Source of the DNA: Bacteriovoracaceae bacterium
Lineage (GTDB): Bacteria; Bdellovibrionota; Bacteriovoracia; Bacteriovoracales; Bacteriovoracaceae
Assembly: GCA_048270185.1 (NCBI GenBank)
Contig: JBLWTJ010000003.1
Span: 288,001-352,000, forward strand
Length of the DNA: 64,000 bases
Direction: 5' to 3'
Part shown: piece after piece, positions 10,024 to 19,877 of the stretch
How positions within the stretch are numbered: position 1 is the stretch's first letter
Layout: the number at the start of each line of letters is the position of its first letter
Notes under the pieces: generated by a model
Told to the model about the DNA's origin: nothing
What the model saw: the letters and a program-made list of their open reading frames with translations, nothing else
Database searches by the model: none
Made by a program: the position numbers and the translations under genes

Positions 10024-10743
10024 GTGAAAACCTTAAAAACTTTATTCTTTGGATTTGCATTGTTGAATCTAGCTTCATGCAGCTTTGTCGAGCATTTTGA
10101 GAAACGTGCTCAGGCAGTAAATGAACTAGAGGACAAGATTTTGATTCTTTCAAAAAAGAATCAGGATCTAGGAAATAAGCTCATGCAAGCAAATTATAAA
10201 ATCAAGACTCTTGAGAGTAAGAACTTCTATCTTGAAACTCAGCTTAAAGATAAGGCCCCTAAGCCTGAAACTTATACCAAGCGTGAGATTGCAAGTGTTG
10301 CAAGAGTAAATAGCAATGACCTTGTTAAGTATGATGTTTATAAGTGGGATGCAAAGGAGATGGTATCCATTGCACAAAAAGAATTTGATGCTAAGAACTT
10401 TGAAAAGAGTGCACAGTTTTTTAATTCTTACACTAAGAACTTTCCAAACTCAAAAGGGATCGATGCAGATTTTCTGTTTCAAGCAGGTGTCGCAAGCTAT
10501 GAATCTGGTAAGCATTACGACTGGAGTGAGAAGTACTTCACATATCTTACTAAGAAGTATCCAACTTCAAAGTATTACCTTGGGGCAAAGCTTTGGCTTG
10601 GCCTTAGTTATTTAAAGCAAAATAGAAATGATGAATTCTTTGCAGTTGTTGAAGAGTTCAGAAAGAAATATAGAAACACTCCTGAATGGAATATCCTAAG
10701 TGGGCACTATGAGAAGATCGTACAAAAGTATAAAAAGAACTAG
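10024..10743 (+). CDS. Lipoprotein with coiled coil and TPR domain (CpoB/YbgF-like architecture)
   Basis: Lipobox LASC, heptad-rich segment, TPR-like helices (KNFPNS, KKYPTSKY). Confidence 0.65.
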   Translation: MKTLKTLFFGFALLNLASCSFVEHFEKRAQAVNELEDKILILSKKNQDLGNKLMQANYKIKTLESKNFYLETQLKDKAPKPETYTKREIASVARVNSNDLVKYDVYKWDAKEMVSIAQKEFDAKNFEKSAQFFNSYTKNFPNSKGIDADFLFQAGVASYESGKHYDWSEKYFTYLTKKYPTSKYYLGAKLWLGLSYLKQNRNDEFFAVVEEFRKKYRNTPEWNILSGHYEKIVQKYKKN

Positions 10744-11956
10744 TATTTTAGTACTAGCACTTATCACTTCATTTGCTATGGCCAAAACGCCAAGAGCTGT
10801 TGTTGCTTCTGTGCAAGGAAATGTCTTTGTTACAAGTAACCAACAAACCAGAAAGCTCGATGCTGGAAGCTATATCTATGATTTCGATGATATCTTTACT
10901 GAAGTTGGAGCTGAACTTGTTTTTAAAGATTACTTTGATCATGAATATCATGTGTCTGGATCTAGTTACGTTTCAATGCTTAATAAAATTGTTGAATTAA
11001 AGTCTGGATACATTTGGGTTAAATCAATGGAAGAAACAGATGATAAATTTCAGCTTCAAACTGTGAACGCTACAATTGCTTATAATAGTGGTGAATTCAT
11101 CGCTTCTTATGATCCACAATCTGGAAAATCACAAATTCTAAGTATTAAGGGTAGCCATACAATTAATAATAACGTTTATGAGTTTATGAAAGAAAAAGTA
11201 GGCCCTGGACGCTTCTCATTTGTAAAAGAAGATTATGAAAATGGTGCTCCTAGAGTTCCAACTCCAATTTCTTCTAGTGCATACGATGCTGTGACTTCAT
11301 TATTTCCAAATGTGAAACCAATGGATAGTCGTACACTAGTAGCAAAAGCTCCAAGTCATAAGGATAATAAGATTTCACAAGAACTCTATGAAAAATCTCC
11401 AAAGAGATCAACAGCTTCTGTGACTCTTAGAGAAGATATGCGTGTTTCACAAAAGCCGGGAAGTATTGTTGTTAGACAATCAACAAAAGTAGCGACTCGT
11501 CGTCAAATTGCTTCTGTTCCTGTTGAATCTGAAACGACACGTTCAAAGAAGCTTGAATCTTTCTATGGTGATAAACTTCGTGAACTTGCTTCTGAAGCTC
11601 CAAAGAAAGTAGTTAAAAAGAAATTTAAACCAGACTACTCAACTAAGTCTGATGTTCAACTCAATATTCATATGCCGACTTACCGAGTTCCGGCGTCAGT
11701 TACTCCTGATGAAGGTGTGAGAAAATTTCGTCCAGCTCCAGCTACTCCTGTGGAAGAAGTGAAGCCAGCTAAAGAACCAGTAAGCTCTCGTAATCCTGCT
11801 TCAGTTCAAAGCCCAATAAATGATGATCTACAAACAGATGTTTTTGAGTCATCACTACGTCAAGAATACTTAAGACAACCTAAGCACGATAGTGCGGTCA
11901 ACAAGCTAATTAATGATCTTGAGAGTTATAGTCAAGATTACAAAGAAGCGTACTAA
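10709..11956 (+). CDS. Exported FecR-like beta-domain protein with low-complexity C-terminus
   Basis: Signal peptide, then AVVASVQGNVFV...DDIFTEVGA...LKSGYIWV...QTVNATIA (FecR-like pattern). Tail has four R-x-[PIT]-A-S motifs. Confidence 0.55.
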   Translation: MRRSYKSIKRTSILVLALITSFAMAKTPRAVVASVQGNVFVTSNQQTRKLDAGSYIYDFDDIFTEVGAELVFKDYFDHEYHVSGSSYVSMLNKIVELKSGYIWVKSMEETDDKFQLQTVNATIAYNSGEFIASYDPQSGKSQILSIKGSHTINNNVYEFMKEKVGPGRFSFVKEDYENGAPRVPTPISSSAYDAVTSLFPNVKPMDSRTLVAKAPSHKDNKISQELYEKSPKRSTASVTLREDMRVSQKPGSIVVRQSTKVATRRQIASVPVESETTRSKKLESFYGDKLRELASEAPKKVVKKKFKPDYSTKSDVQLNIHMPTYRVPASVTPDEGVRKFRPAPATPVEEVKPAKEPVSSRNPASVQSPINDDLQTDVFESSLRQEYLRQPKHDSAVNKLINDLESYSQDYKEAY

Positions 11957-11989
11957 AAAAATATCCAGCTATTATAAAAAAATGATCTC

Positions 11990-12028
11990 AGTTAAAATAT
12001 AAGCAATTAATTTGCTTATATTTTAACT
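11990..12028. repeat. Perfect 17-bp AT-rich inverted repeat upstream of guaB
   Basis: AGTTAAAATATAAGCAA-TTAAT-TTGCTTATATTTTAACT. Confidence 0.85.
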
Positions 12029-12047
12029 ATTTAGATGGGATCAGCGC

Positions 12048-13526
12048 ATGTCAGACTCAAAAATTACACAGGCCCTTACTTACGATGATGTATTAATTAA
12101 ACCGGGATACTCTGAGGTTCTACCTTCGGATGTAAGCCTAAAATCAAAATTCTCTCGCAATATTGAATTAAATATTCCAATCGTTTCAGCTGCCATGGAT
12201 ACAGTGACGGAATCAAAGACGGCAATCGTTATGGCCCAACAGGGTGGAATTGGTGTTATCCACAAGAATATGTCAGTTGAAGAACAAGCCTGGGAAGTCG
12301 AGAAGGTAAAGAAGTTTGAGTCAGGTGTTGTTTTAAATCCTATCTCAGTTGGTCCTGAAACTTATCTTGAAGAAGTCCTGAGGCTAACGAATAAGAATAA
12401 GATCACAGGTGTTCTTGTTGTTGATAGTGAAAACTACTTAGTTGGGATTCTGACAAGTCGTGATATTCGCTTTGAGCAAAATCTTAATCAGAAAGTAAAA
12501 GATGTCATGACACCGAAAGAGAAACTTGTGACTGGTCATGAAGGAATTGATCTTGATGAAGCTCAAAAGATTCTTCACCAGAATCGAATTGAAAAACTTC
12601 CAATTATTTGTAAAGACGGAAAGCTTAAAGGTCTTATTACAATCAAAGATATTTTAAAACGTATTAATTTTCCAAACTCAAATAAAGATGCACTTGGCAG
12701 ACTTAGAGTCGCGGCCGCGATTGGTGTTGGAGAAAAAGAACTCAATCGTGCCCAGTACCTAATCAATGCTGAAGTTGACTGTATTATTATTGATACGGCC
12801 CATGGACACTCTAAAGGTGTTATTGAGATGGTTAAGAAAGTTAGAGGCCTAGTAAAAGAAGGTCAAAGCTTAGATATTATTGCAGGAAATATTGCAACAC
12901 CTGAAGCTTGTAAAGCTCTTATTAAAGCAGGTGTTGATGGAGTTAAGGTAGGAATTGGTCCTGGATCAATTTGTACAACTCGTGTTGTGGCCGGAATAGG
13001 GGTTCCGCAACTTTCAGCAGTCATGGATTGTGCAAGTGTTTGCCTAAAAGAAGGGATTCCCTTCATTGCAGATGGTGGGATTAAGTACTCTGGTGATATT
13101 GTTAAGGCCCTAGCGGCGGGAGCAAGTTGTGTCATGCTAGGCTCAATGTTTGCAGGCTGTGATGAAACTCCAGGTGAGATGGTACTTTATCAAGGGCGTA
13201 CTTATAAGGTTTACCGTGGAATGGGATCTCTGGGGGCCATGAAGCTTGGTTCAAAAGATCGTTACGGTCAAGCAGATGTGGACGATCAAAAACTCGTTCC
13301 AGAAGGAATCGAAGGGCAGGTTCCTTATCGTGGAAGTCTTGCTTCAAATATCTTCCAATTAAACGGAGGAATTAGAAGTGGGATGGGCTATATCGGAGCG
13401 GAGACAATTACACAGATGCAAGAGAAAGCACAATTTGTAAAAATCACAGCTGCATCTTTAAAAGAAAGTCATCCACACGATGTCATGATTACAAAAGAAG
13501 CACCTAATTATCAAATTGAAAAATAA
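12048..13526 (+). CDS. guaB: IMP dehydrogenase
   Basis: [20 protein letters not shown] pair, [13 protein letters not shown] catalytic motif, [10 protein letters not shown]. Confidence 0.98.
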   Translation: MSDSKITQALTYDDVLIKPGYSEVLPSDVSLKSKFSRNIELNIPIVSAAMDTVTESKTAIVMAQQGGIGVIHKNMSVEEQAWEVEKVKKFESGVVLNPISVGPETYLEEVLRLTNKNKITGVLVVDSENYLVGILTSRDIRFEQNLNQKVKDVMTPKEKLVTGHEGIDLDEAQKILHQNRIEKLPIICKDGKLKGLITIKDILKRINFPNSNKDALGRLRVAAAIGVGEKELNRAQYLINAEVDCIIIDTAHGHSKGVIEMVKKVRGLVKEGQSLDIIAGNIATPEACKALIKAGVDGVKVGIGPGSICTTRVVAGIGVPQLSAVMDCASVCLKEGIPFIADGGIKYSGDIVKALAAGASCVMLGSMFAGCDETPGEMVLYQGRTYKVYRGMGSLGAMKLGSKDRYGQADVDDQKLVPEGIEGQVPYRGSLASNIFQLNGGIRSGMGYIGAETITQMQEKAQFVKITAASLKESHPHDVMITKEAPNYQIEK

Positions 13527-13538
13527 AGGCAAGTTGAA

Positions 13539-15092
13539 ATGAGCACAAGACAAATTTGGATCGTGGACTTCGGTTCACAATACACGCAATTAATTACGAG
13601 AAAATCACGTGAGCTTGGTTATTCAAGTGAAATTATCACAGTTAAAAAGGCCCGTGAGCTATTTGCTAGTGGAAAGAAACCACAGGCATTAGTTCTATCT
13701 GGTGGCCCTCAATCTGTTTTTGAAGATGAAACAAATTATGACTTTGTCTTTGATAATGAAAACCTACCAATCCTTGGTGTATGCTACGGTATGCAGCTTA
13801 TGGGGAAGTACTTTGGTGGTGTCGTTGAAAAGGGAACGATTGGAGAGTATGGCCATGCAAAGATTCATTTAGCTGATGGCTTTAAAATGGCCGGTGTACC
13901 TGAAGTTGTCAATGTATGGATGTCTCACTCAGATCATATATCAACACTACCAAAAGATTTCACTCTAACAATGGAATCGGGCAACGGACTTGTTTCAGCA
14001 ATTGAACATAACACACGACCAATGATGGGACTACAATTTCATCCAGAGGTTGAACATAGCGAACATGGTAAAGATATTTTAAATCACTTCTTCAAAGATG
14101 TTGCAAAACTTGAAATGGATTGGGATACAACGGAGATGCTTGAAGAGGCAAAGAACCTTGTTCGTGGTATTGAAAAATCAAAAGTACTTTGTGCTTTTTC
14201 TGGTGGTGTCGACTCACTTGTTGCGGCCCAATTATCACATGAAGTGATTGGAGATAATCTCTACTGCTTCTTCGTTGATCATGGACTTCTTCGTCCACAA
14301 GACTACCACCATATCGAATTACTTAAAAAGAAAACCCAATTAAATATTGAAATCATTGATGTCAAAGAAGAATTTCTTGGAAAGCTGAAAGGTAAGTCTG
14401 ATCCTGAAGACAAGAGAAAGACGATTGGTCGAACTTTTATTGATGTCTTTGAGAAAAAAGTAAAAGAATACCAAGACAATCACGGTATTAATTTTGAATA
14501 CCTACTACAAGGTACACTATATCCTGATGTTATTGAATCAATCTCTCCTCATGAGGAAGATGGAAAGTCTGTAACAATTAAGTCTCACCACAATGTTGGG
14601 GGACTACCAGAGCGTATGAATCTAAAACTTCTTGAGCCTCTTCGTTATCTCTTTAAAGATGAAGTGAGAAAGATGGGGGAGGAGTTAGGACTTGAACACG
14701 CATGGGTTCATCGTCACCCTTTTCCAGGGCCAGGAATTGGGATTCGCGTTCTTGGAGAGCTAACTGCGGACCGTATTCGCCAAGTTCAAGAAAGTGACCA
14801 AATTCTTTTTGAAGAACTTCATGCTCACAGTTTATATGAATCAACATGGCAGGCCTTAACGGTTTTACTTCCTGTTAAAACAGTAGGAGTAAAGGGTGAT
14901 GGCCGTGCTTATGAAGAAGTCATCTGCCTTCGAATGGTTAACTCAAGTGATGGGATGACGGCCACTTGGACTGATATGCCCCATGCTTTCTTATCTCGTG
15001 TTTCTTCAAGAATCACTAACGAGGTAAAAGGCATCACTCGTGTTGTTTATGACATTACGTCTAAACCTCCTGGTACTATTGAATGGGAGTAG
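13539..15092 (+). CDS. guaA: GMP synthase (glutamine-hydrolysing)
   Basis: DFGSQYTQLI, GVCYGMQ, QFHPEV, SGGVDS, IKSHHNVGG, DITSKPPGTIEWE. Confidence 0.98.
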   Translation: MSTRQIWIVDFGSQYTQLITRKSRELGYSSEIITVKKARELFASGKKPQALVLSGGPQSVFEDETNYDFVFDNENLPILGVCYGMQLMGKYFGGVVEKGTIGEYGHAKIHLADGFKMAGVPEVVNVWMSHSDHISTLPKDFTLTMESGNGLVSAIEHNTRPMMGLQFHPEVEHSEHGKDILNHFFKDVAKLEMDWDTTEMLEEAKNLVRGIEKSKVLCAFSGGVDSLVAAQLSHEVIGDNLYCFFVDHGLLRPQDYHHIELLKKKTQLNIEIIDVKEEFLGKLKGKSDPEDKRKTIGRTFIDVFEKKVKEYQDNHGINFEYLLQGTLYPDVIESISPHEEDGKSVTIKSHHNVGGLPERMNLKLLEPLRYLFKDEVRKMGEELGLEHAWVHRHPFPGPGIGIRVLGELTADRIRQVQESDQILFEELHAHSLYESTWQALTVLLPVKTVGVKGDGRAYEEVICLRMVNSSDGMTATWTDMPHAFLSRVSSRITNEVKGITRVVYDITSKPPGTIEWE

Positions 15093-15308
15093 ATGCGTCA
15101 TTGTTTGCCTAATGGCAAACTATGGGACGCATCTACAGCTCCCCATCTCTTTAGCTAGTAAATAGCGACGAGAGGTGTGCGTTTATGCACACCGGTTCGG
15201 CAAAGGAGCAATGGGAAAGAAGCCGAAAAGAGGTACCACCCAACCAGCGACAATTAATCACAACGTGATTAATTAAGCGTCGCAAAGAAATACCACCCAA
15301 CCAACGAC
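15083..15308. repeat. Multi-hairpin intergenic element with 18-bp direct repeats
   Basis: TAGATGCGTC...GTTTGCC-TAAT-GGCAAAC...GACGCATCTA; GGTGTGC/GCACACC; TTCGGC/GCCGAA; AATTAATCAC/GTGATTAATT flanked by TACCACCCAACCA(G/A)CGAC at 15234 and 15291. Confidence 0.75.
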
Positions 15309-15656
15309 TTAAAGCCTACAACTTAACTTATAAACCGTTCCGCCATCAACACTGGCAAGCTCGAATTTCTTATTCTCATCAAAAGTCGCAGTAGAAGTGA
15401 TTCCTCTTGTATAATCTGGCCCAAAAGTAATTTTTGCAACATACTTTTCTTTCTCATAGCGAGTAAAGACATAGTAGGCTTCATTAATATCAGCGTGAAC
15501 TTTTGAATCTGTGTAGTCAAAGGCATTGATTAGTTTTACTTCTTGAAATTGAGATTGACCTCGTTCATCGATAAATCTCTTGCTTCCAATGCAGTCCATT
15601 GAAAAAGCTGAAGTTGTGATAAGCATAGCTAGTGTTAGTGATGCAATATTTTTCAT
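15309..15656 (-). CDS. Small secreted hypothetical protein
   Basis: Signal peptide ending AFS; two Cys near the termini; AGGAA SD. Confidence 0.7.
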   Translation of the reverse strand: MKNIASLTLAMLITTSAFSMDCIGSKRFIDERGQSQFQEVKLINAFDYTDSKVHADINEAYYVFTRYEKEKYVAKITFGPDYTRGITSTATFDENKKFELASVDGGTVYKLSCRL

Positions 15657-15747
15657 TAAAATTCCTTTTCCCTAAGTCCTTTAATTAGGTTGAAATATTA
15701 ATCCTTGTTGATCAACTTAGCAAAGCGAGTTAGAAAGTGTAAGAATT

Positions 15748-18492
15748 CTACCAACCAAAGAGGATTGTCTCATCTTGATCAGCACCGGCCGTATTATTAT
15801 TTGGCTGGTACCATGCTTGGAATTTGTCTGTGGACTCAAAGACGCTACCTTCTGGAATTACTCCACTGATATAGGCACGGTAGGGAACATTGTCTTCATC
15901 TGTTGTACGTGTGAGATTAATAGTTGAGATTGATCCGTCAAGGCCACTTGTCATCGTAATTGTTGCAGGCTCAAGAGATGTAAAGGCTACATAGTCCGAG
16001 TCAGTGTTTATCCCGAATGTATTCTTCATAAGGGCCGTTGGGATAAATGGTGCGGCACAGTAGCCATCTGAATCTGCCGTTGAATTTCCAATCATAGGTA
16101 TGGCACTATCTGATATGAGACGAACGGCATAGGTATTGTAGAGGTTTTGAGATCCTCCAACCTTGTGGCCATAAGTCGTACCTGCTGTGAGGGTGTTCGT
16201 TGTTGTGGCCTCTCCTGAGTTATAGATTGTAATATTATTACTACTTGCACTTGTTGTGATATTTCCTGTCGTTGAAGGGAAACCTGTAATATCAGTTGAA
16301 ATAGGCAAGAGTGGTTTAGGGTCTGCGACGTCACTACTTGAACTTGCATACATGTAACTTAAGATGAAGCCAGTTGAGCTTAATTCATAAGATGCATAAG
16401 TTGAAACAGATAGAACTGTTGAAGTACCGGCCGTTAAAGATGCTGATGTTACAAGCACACCATTTCTTTTGATCTCGACATCAGAATCAGTATAGGCATA
16501 GATTGAAATATAGCTTGAGGTCATTCGAGTGTGATTGAATAAGAACTCTTTTCCAACCCAACTAATTGGATTCCAAACAATATTTCCTATTTTACTGTTT
16601 GTCGTACTTCCACTATCACTTCTTCTTCCGGCCACAAAGAATTTTCCTGTAGCTTCAAAAGTATCAAATTGGGCACATGTGAATGTATAGGTGTCAGTCT
16701 TATTATAAGTGCCTCCAACATCAACACCATTGTGTAAAAAGGTATTTCCATCTTCTAAGGAAACAGCACGACACGAGGTTGCCCCGCCAACATTGACGGC
16801 CATATAGCTTACTTGAAACTCTGGAATATCTGGGAGAGTTTCTGTTGTGAGAATATTTGATGCACTTGAAGTGTATGTCCCATTAGTCGCATAGACGCGG
16901 TAACTATATTCAGTTTCAGGATCAAGGCCTGTGTGAGTATAGTCAGTAGCGGTTTGCGAAGCGACTAGAGTTGTCCAGCTTCCTGCACCGATTTTGTAGT
17001 CAATTTGATAGCCTGTAATTGTTGGCCCCTTAGGGTCAGGTTTGGTCCAAGCAATCTTAATCGTATCAACAGTTCGCTCAACAAGAGAGAGATTGTTAAT
17101 AGCATCAGGAACTCCTAGAACATACCATCCACTCGAGCTTGATATAACTTCGTTACCGGCTTCATCGATTGTTTTAAGAATGAAGTAATACTGATTTCCT
17201 TCAGTGAGTGTAACTCCTGTGTATTGGTAACTAGTGCCCGTAAAGGATGTGTAGGGAGCACCTGCTAAGATATCTGCTTCACTTGTTGAAGTTGATATGG
17301 CCACTTCATAGCTTGCGATTTGTGTACCAGTTCCATCGCCACCGCTAAGAGTTAGTGTGTCAGAGGCCGTCGTAGTAGCATCAGCTCCAAGAGAAATGGA
17401 AGGAGCTATTGGAGCAATATTGTCGTGGATGATTTCGTCGCTATAGCAACTCGATTCAATAGCTGAAGATGATTGAAACTTTATATAGACATTATTTGTG
17501 GCATTTGTTGTCACAAGTGTATATGCCTTTGAAGTAGCATAAGCTTCCCAAATTCCACCAGAGCTACAGCTTGAGTCTGTTGTAATATACATTTGAGTGG
17601 CATTTGTCGCTGTAATATCTAATGTTGTTGCAGTTGAGTTTGTTGCGGCATCATCACTATTGATTGTAAATGAAATCGTATGGGGAACGTCATTTGAAAC
17701 TTTGATTCCATTCGTTCCTCCTGGAGTAATACTTAAAACTGCATCATTACCTGCAATATCTTTGATTGTTCCTGTGTTTAAATCAATCACACTCGCAAGC
17801 CCAATACCACTACCAGGGTCATTGTCTGCTATTGTGAGTAGATATTCAAAAACTAAGGTGTCAGTGCCACTTCCTGATACGTACTCAAGATAAGTGTTCC
17901 CACTATCAAGCTGTAACTCAATACGAGGAACTCCTGTAACATAAACGGTATCATCAAATGTAACAGAGAAACTCAATGTATCACCTGAGTAGTAGGTTCC
18001 GTTTGATGGTTTTGTGAAGTTTGCTTCTGTTGGGATGACTGTATCAACTAAGACAGTAGAAAAACTTTTATCTGTAAAAGTATTAATAAGTGAGTTCCCA
18101 TAGGAATCTTGTATCGTTGAAGTTGAAGTATCTACTGGAGAGATAATATCAATTCCATCACTATCGTTTTGAGATGCAAGAATAGTATATTCAAATATAA
18201 GTGTCTCAGTACCACTTCCTGATACATAATCTGCATAGACTGTTGCTGCGCCAATCATTAGCTCAAGCCTTGGTGTCCCACTAATCACTGAAGCTTTTTT
18301 GTTAAAGTCTACAGCAATAGAAATGGTTTCACCTTCAATATAGTAACCTATAGTATCAATACGAATATTATCTACAACTAGATCTGATTCAATGAGAACC
18401 TTGCGAAGTGTTTCCTCATCTGCACCTCCTGCACATGAGAAGAGAACAGCAAGAGGAATTAGAAATATGAACAATTTTCGAATCAAGTTCAT
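15748..18492 (-). CDS. Large Ser/Thr-rich surface lipoprotein (Ig-like repeats, FN3 domain, C-terminal IgGFc-binding-like beta domain); putative adhesin
   Basis: Lipobox LFSC if started at ATG 18492; two YVSGSGTxTLxFEY repeats; FN3 motif IAWTKP...ITGYQIDY...GLDPETEYSYRVYATN. Confidence 0.75.
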   Translation of the reverse strand: MNLIRKLFIFLIPLAVLFSCAGGADEETLRKVLIESDLVVDNIRIDTIGYYIEGETISIAVDFNKKASVISGTPRLELMIGAATVYADYVSGSGTETLIFEYTILASQNDSDGIDIISPVDTSTSTIQDSYGNSLINTFTDKSFSTVLVDTVIPTEANFTKPSNGTYYSGDTLSFSVTFDDTVYVTGVPRIELQLDSGNTYLEYVSGSGTDTLVFEYLLTIADNDPGSGIGLASVIDLNTGTIKDIAGNDAVLSITPGGTNGIKVSNDVPHTISFTINSDDAATNSTATTLDITATNATQMYITTDSSCSSGGIWEAYATSKAYTLVTTNATNNVYIKFQSSSAIESSCYSDEIIHDNIAPIAPSISLGADATTTASDTLTLSGGDGTGTQIASYEVAISTSTSEADILAGAPYTSFTGTSYQYTGVTLTEGNQYYFILKTIDEAGNEVISSSSGWYVLGVPDAINNLSLVERTVDTIKIAWTKPDPKGPTITGYQIDYKIGAGSWTTLVASQTATDYTHTGLDPETEYSYRVYATNGTYTSSASNILTTETLPDIPEFQVSYMAVNVGGATSCRAVSLEDGNTFLHNGVDVGGTYNKTDTYTFTCAQFDTFEATGKFFVAGRRSDSGSTTNSKIGNIVWNPISWVGKEFLFNHTRMTSSYISIYAYTDSDVEIKRNGVLVTSASLTAGTSTVLSVSTYASYELSSTGFILSYMYASSSSDVADPKPLLPISTDITGFPSTTGNITTSASSNNITIYNSGEATTTNTLTAGTTYGHKVGGSQNLYNTYAVRLISDSAIPMIGNSTADSDGYCAAPFIPTALMKNTFGINTDSDYVAFTSLEPATITMTSGLDGSISTINLTRTTDEDNVPYRAYISGVIPEGSVFESTDKFQAWYQPNNNTAGADQDETILFGW

Positions 18493-18499
18493 ATTCCAA

Positions 18500-18527
18500 A
18501 TATCGGTCATTTAAGTTAAGTCGCTTA
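18500..18527 (-). promoter_or_regulatory. sigma28-like promoter directly upstream of the adhesin ATG
   Basis: TAAG-N16-ACCGATAT, 7 nt before ATG 18492. Confidence 0.4.
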
Positions 18528-18659
18528 TCTTTTTCTTAACTAATGCTTATTGGGGAATATTTTATAATAAGGCAAGATTATGACCTTAAGGGAGCCGCCA
18601 GATTTCATATGGTTAAAGCTCTTACTTGAGTATCTTACTTGATTTTTTGCTTGAGCGTC

Positions 18660-18767
18660 TTACTTGAGTAATTTAGCAAGGTCGCCACTAAATGCATTCG
18701 ACATCAAGGCCGAAAAAAAGAAGATGAAGAATGTTGCAAATACTTGTTTGATAAATTTCTTTTCCAT
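18660..18767 (-). CDS. Candidate 35-aa hydrophobic small protein
   Basis: MEKKFIKQVFATFFIFFFSALMSNAFSGDLAKLLK; TM or signal-like; no clear SD. Confidence 0.4.
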   Translation of the reverse strand: MEKKFIKQVFATFFIFFFSALMSNAFSGDLAKLLK

Positions 18768-18851
18768 GGATAAATACTACTAAATCTTAAAACTTCATTA
18801 AAGTTTTTTCATCTTTGCCGCTATGGTGTTCAGAAATTGACTTATATGGGA

Positions 18852-19760
18852 TCAGGCAAATAGGTTGAGCTGATCGAGTCGTGACTCGTGCTTAGTAAAA
18901 ATTGTTTCAACAGAGTGTTCTAGAACTTCGCGTTTTTCAAAACCATTGTCATAAGTTTGAATGACGTGAAAAGACATTCGTGGAAATTTTGCTTTAAGCT
19001 CTTTCATAGCATCAGTAATAAGATCAATATTACCAGCATCATCATCGCTCATGCCAAAGCGATGGTAATCAGAGTAGCCATATCTCTTTATCGCTAATTC
19101 CACCGATTCAATAATGGCCTTATACTTAAGTTCTGGTACATTGTAATTATCAATATCTCCGCCCAGTCTAAGTCTTGTTTCTGGATTTGATACTGCGTAG
19201 ACCGTGTGAAAGTTTGGAAGATTAGGCAAGTGACCTTCGTTATAGATAACCTCAATTCCTTGCTTAATTGTTTCCTCGTGGTGACCACGGGCCGTGATAA
19301 TTGAAACTGGTCTATGGTTGTAAGTGGCATGATAGAAGTGATTCCAACTTGGTGCTTTCCAAGTCGAATCACTTCTTTCAAGTGCCTCTTGAATATCGTT
19401 GATGAGTGATTGCTTTCTTCCGGTTAGTCGTTGAGTAAGCGAAAGATCTGAATCTCTAAAGTTACGGAAAGTTCCCGTCTCATCATCGAAGTCCATGTGG
19501 TAATCTTTGTATATACCTTCTTTTCCAATTAATTTATTTTGAATAGCGAACTCATGAGAAGATAAGTATTTCTCTTCGCCTGTTTCGTTGTGAAAGATAA
19601 TAATTGGTGTTGAAAGAAAGAGAACATTGTCATCAAGATCAAAGAAATAGAACGACTTTCCACCTAGGTGAAAGTTTCGATCATTCTCGCGCGGAAGCTC
19701 AAAGCTTAACTCAAGCTGTTCCTTATTCTTTGGAATTTTCTTCTTTCTTTTGAAAACCAT
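18852..19760 (-). CDS. HAD-superfamily phosphatase-like protein
   Basis: Motif I FFDLDDN, motif II IITARGH, motif III K, motif IV GMSDDD. Start at 19760 after GAGAG. Confidence 0.7.
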   Translation of the reverse strand: MVFKRKKKIPKNKEQLELSFELPRENDRNFHLGGKSFYFFDLDDNVLFLSTPIIIFHNETGEEKYLSSHEFAIQNKLIGKEGIYKDYHMDFDDETGTFRNFRDSDLSLTQRLTGRKQSLINDIQEALERSDSTWKAPSWNHFYHATYNHRPVSIITARGHHEETIKQGIEVIYNEGHLPNLPNFHTVYAVSNPETRLRLGGDIDNYNVPELKYKAIIESVELAIKRYGYSDYHRFGMSDDDAGNIDLITDAMKELKAKFPRMSFHVIQTYDNGFEKREVLEHSVETIFTKHESRLDQLNLFA

Positions 19761-19877
19761 ACTTTCTCTCAATATTTGGCGTATTATCGCCAAATACCAA
19801 ACGAGGTTCAAGTATGGTGCTAGGAATGCGTAATATTTTCATAGAAGAGGGCCGGTATTCTAGTTAATTTCCAGTAC

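Noticed and set aside
11957..12047. Purine riboswitch upstream of guaB
   Set aside because: Spacer is short and AT-rich and lacks the purine aptamer core.
15234..15308. Two 18-bp direct repeats with a 39-nt spacer as a mini-CRISPR
   Set aside because: Only two short repeats, the spacer is itself a palindrome, and there are no cas genes in the window.
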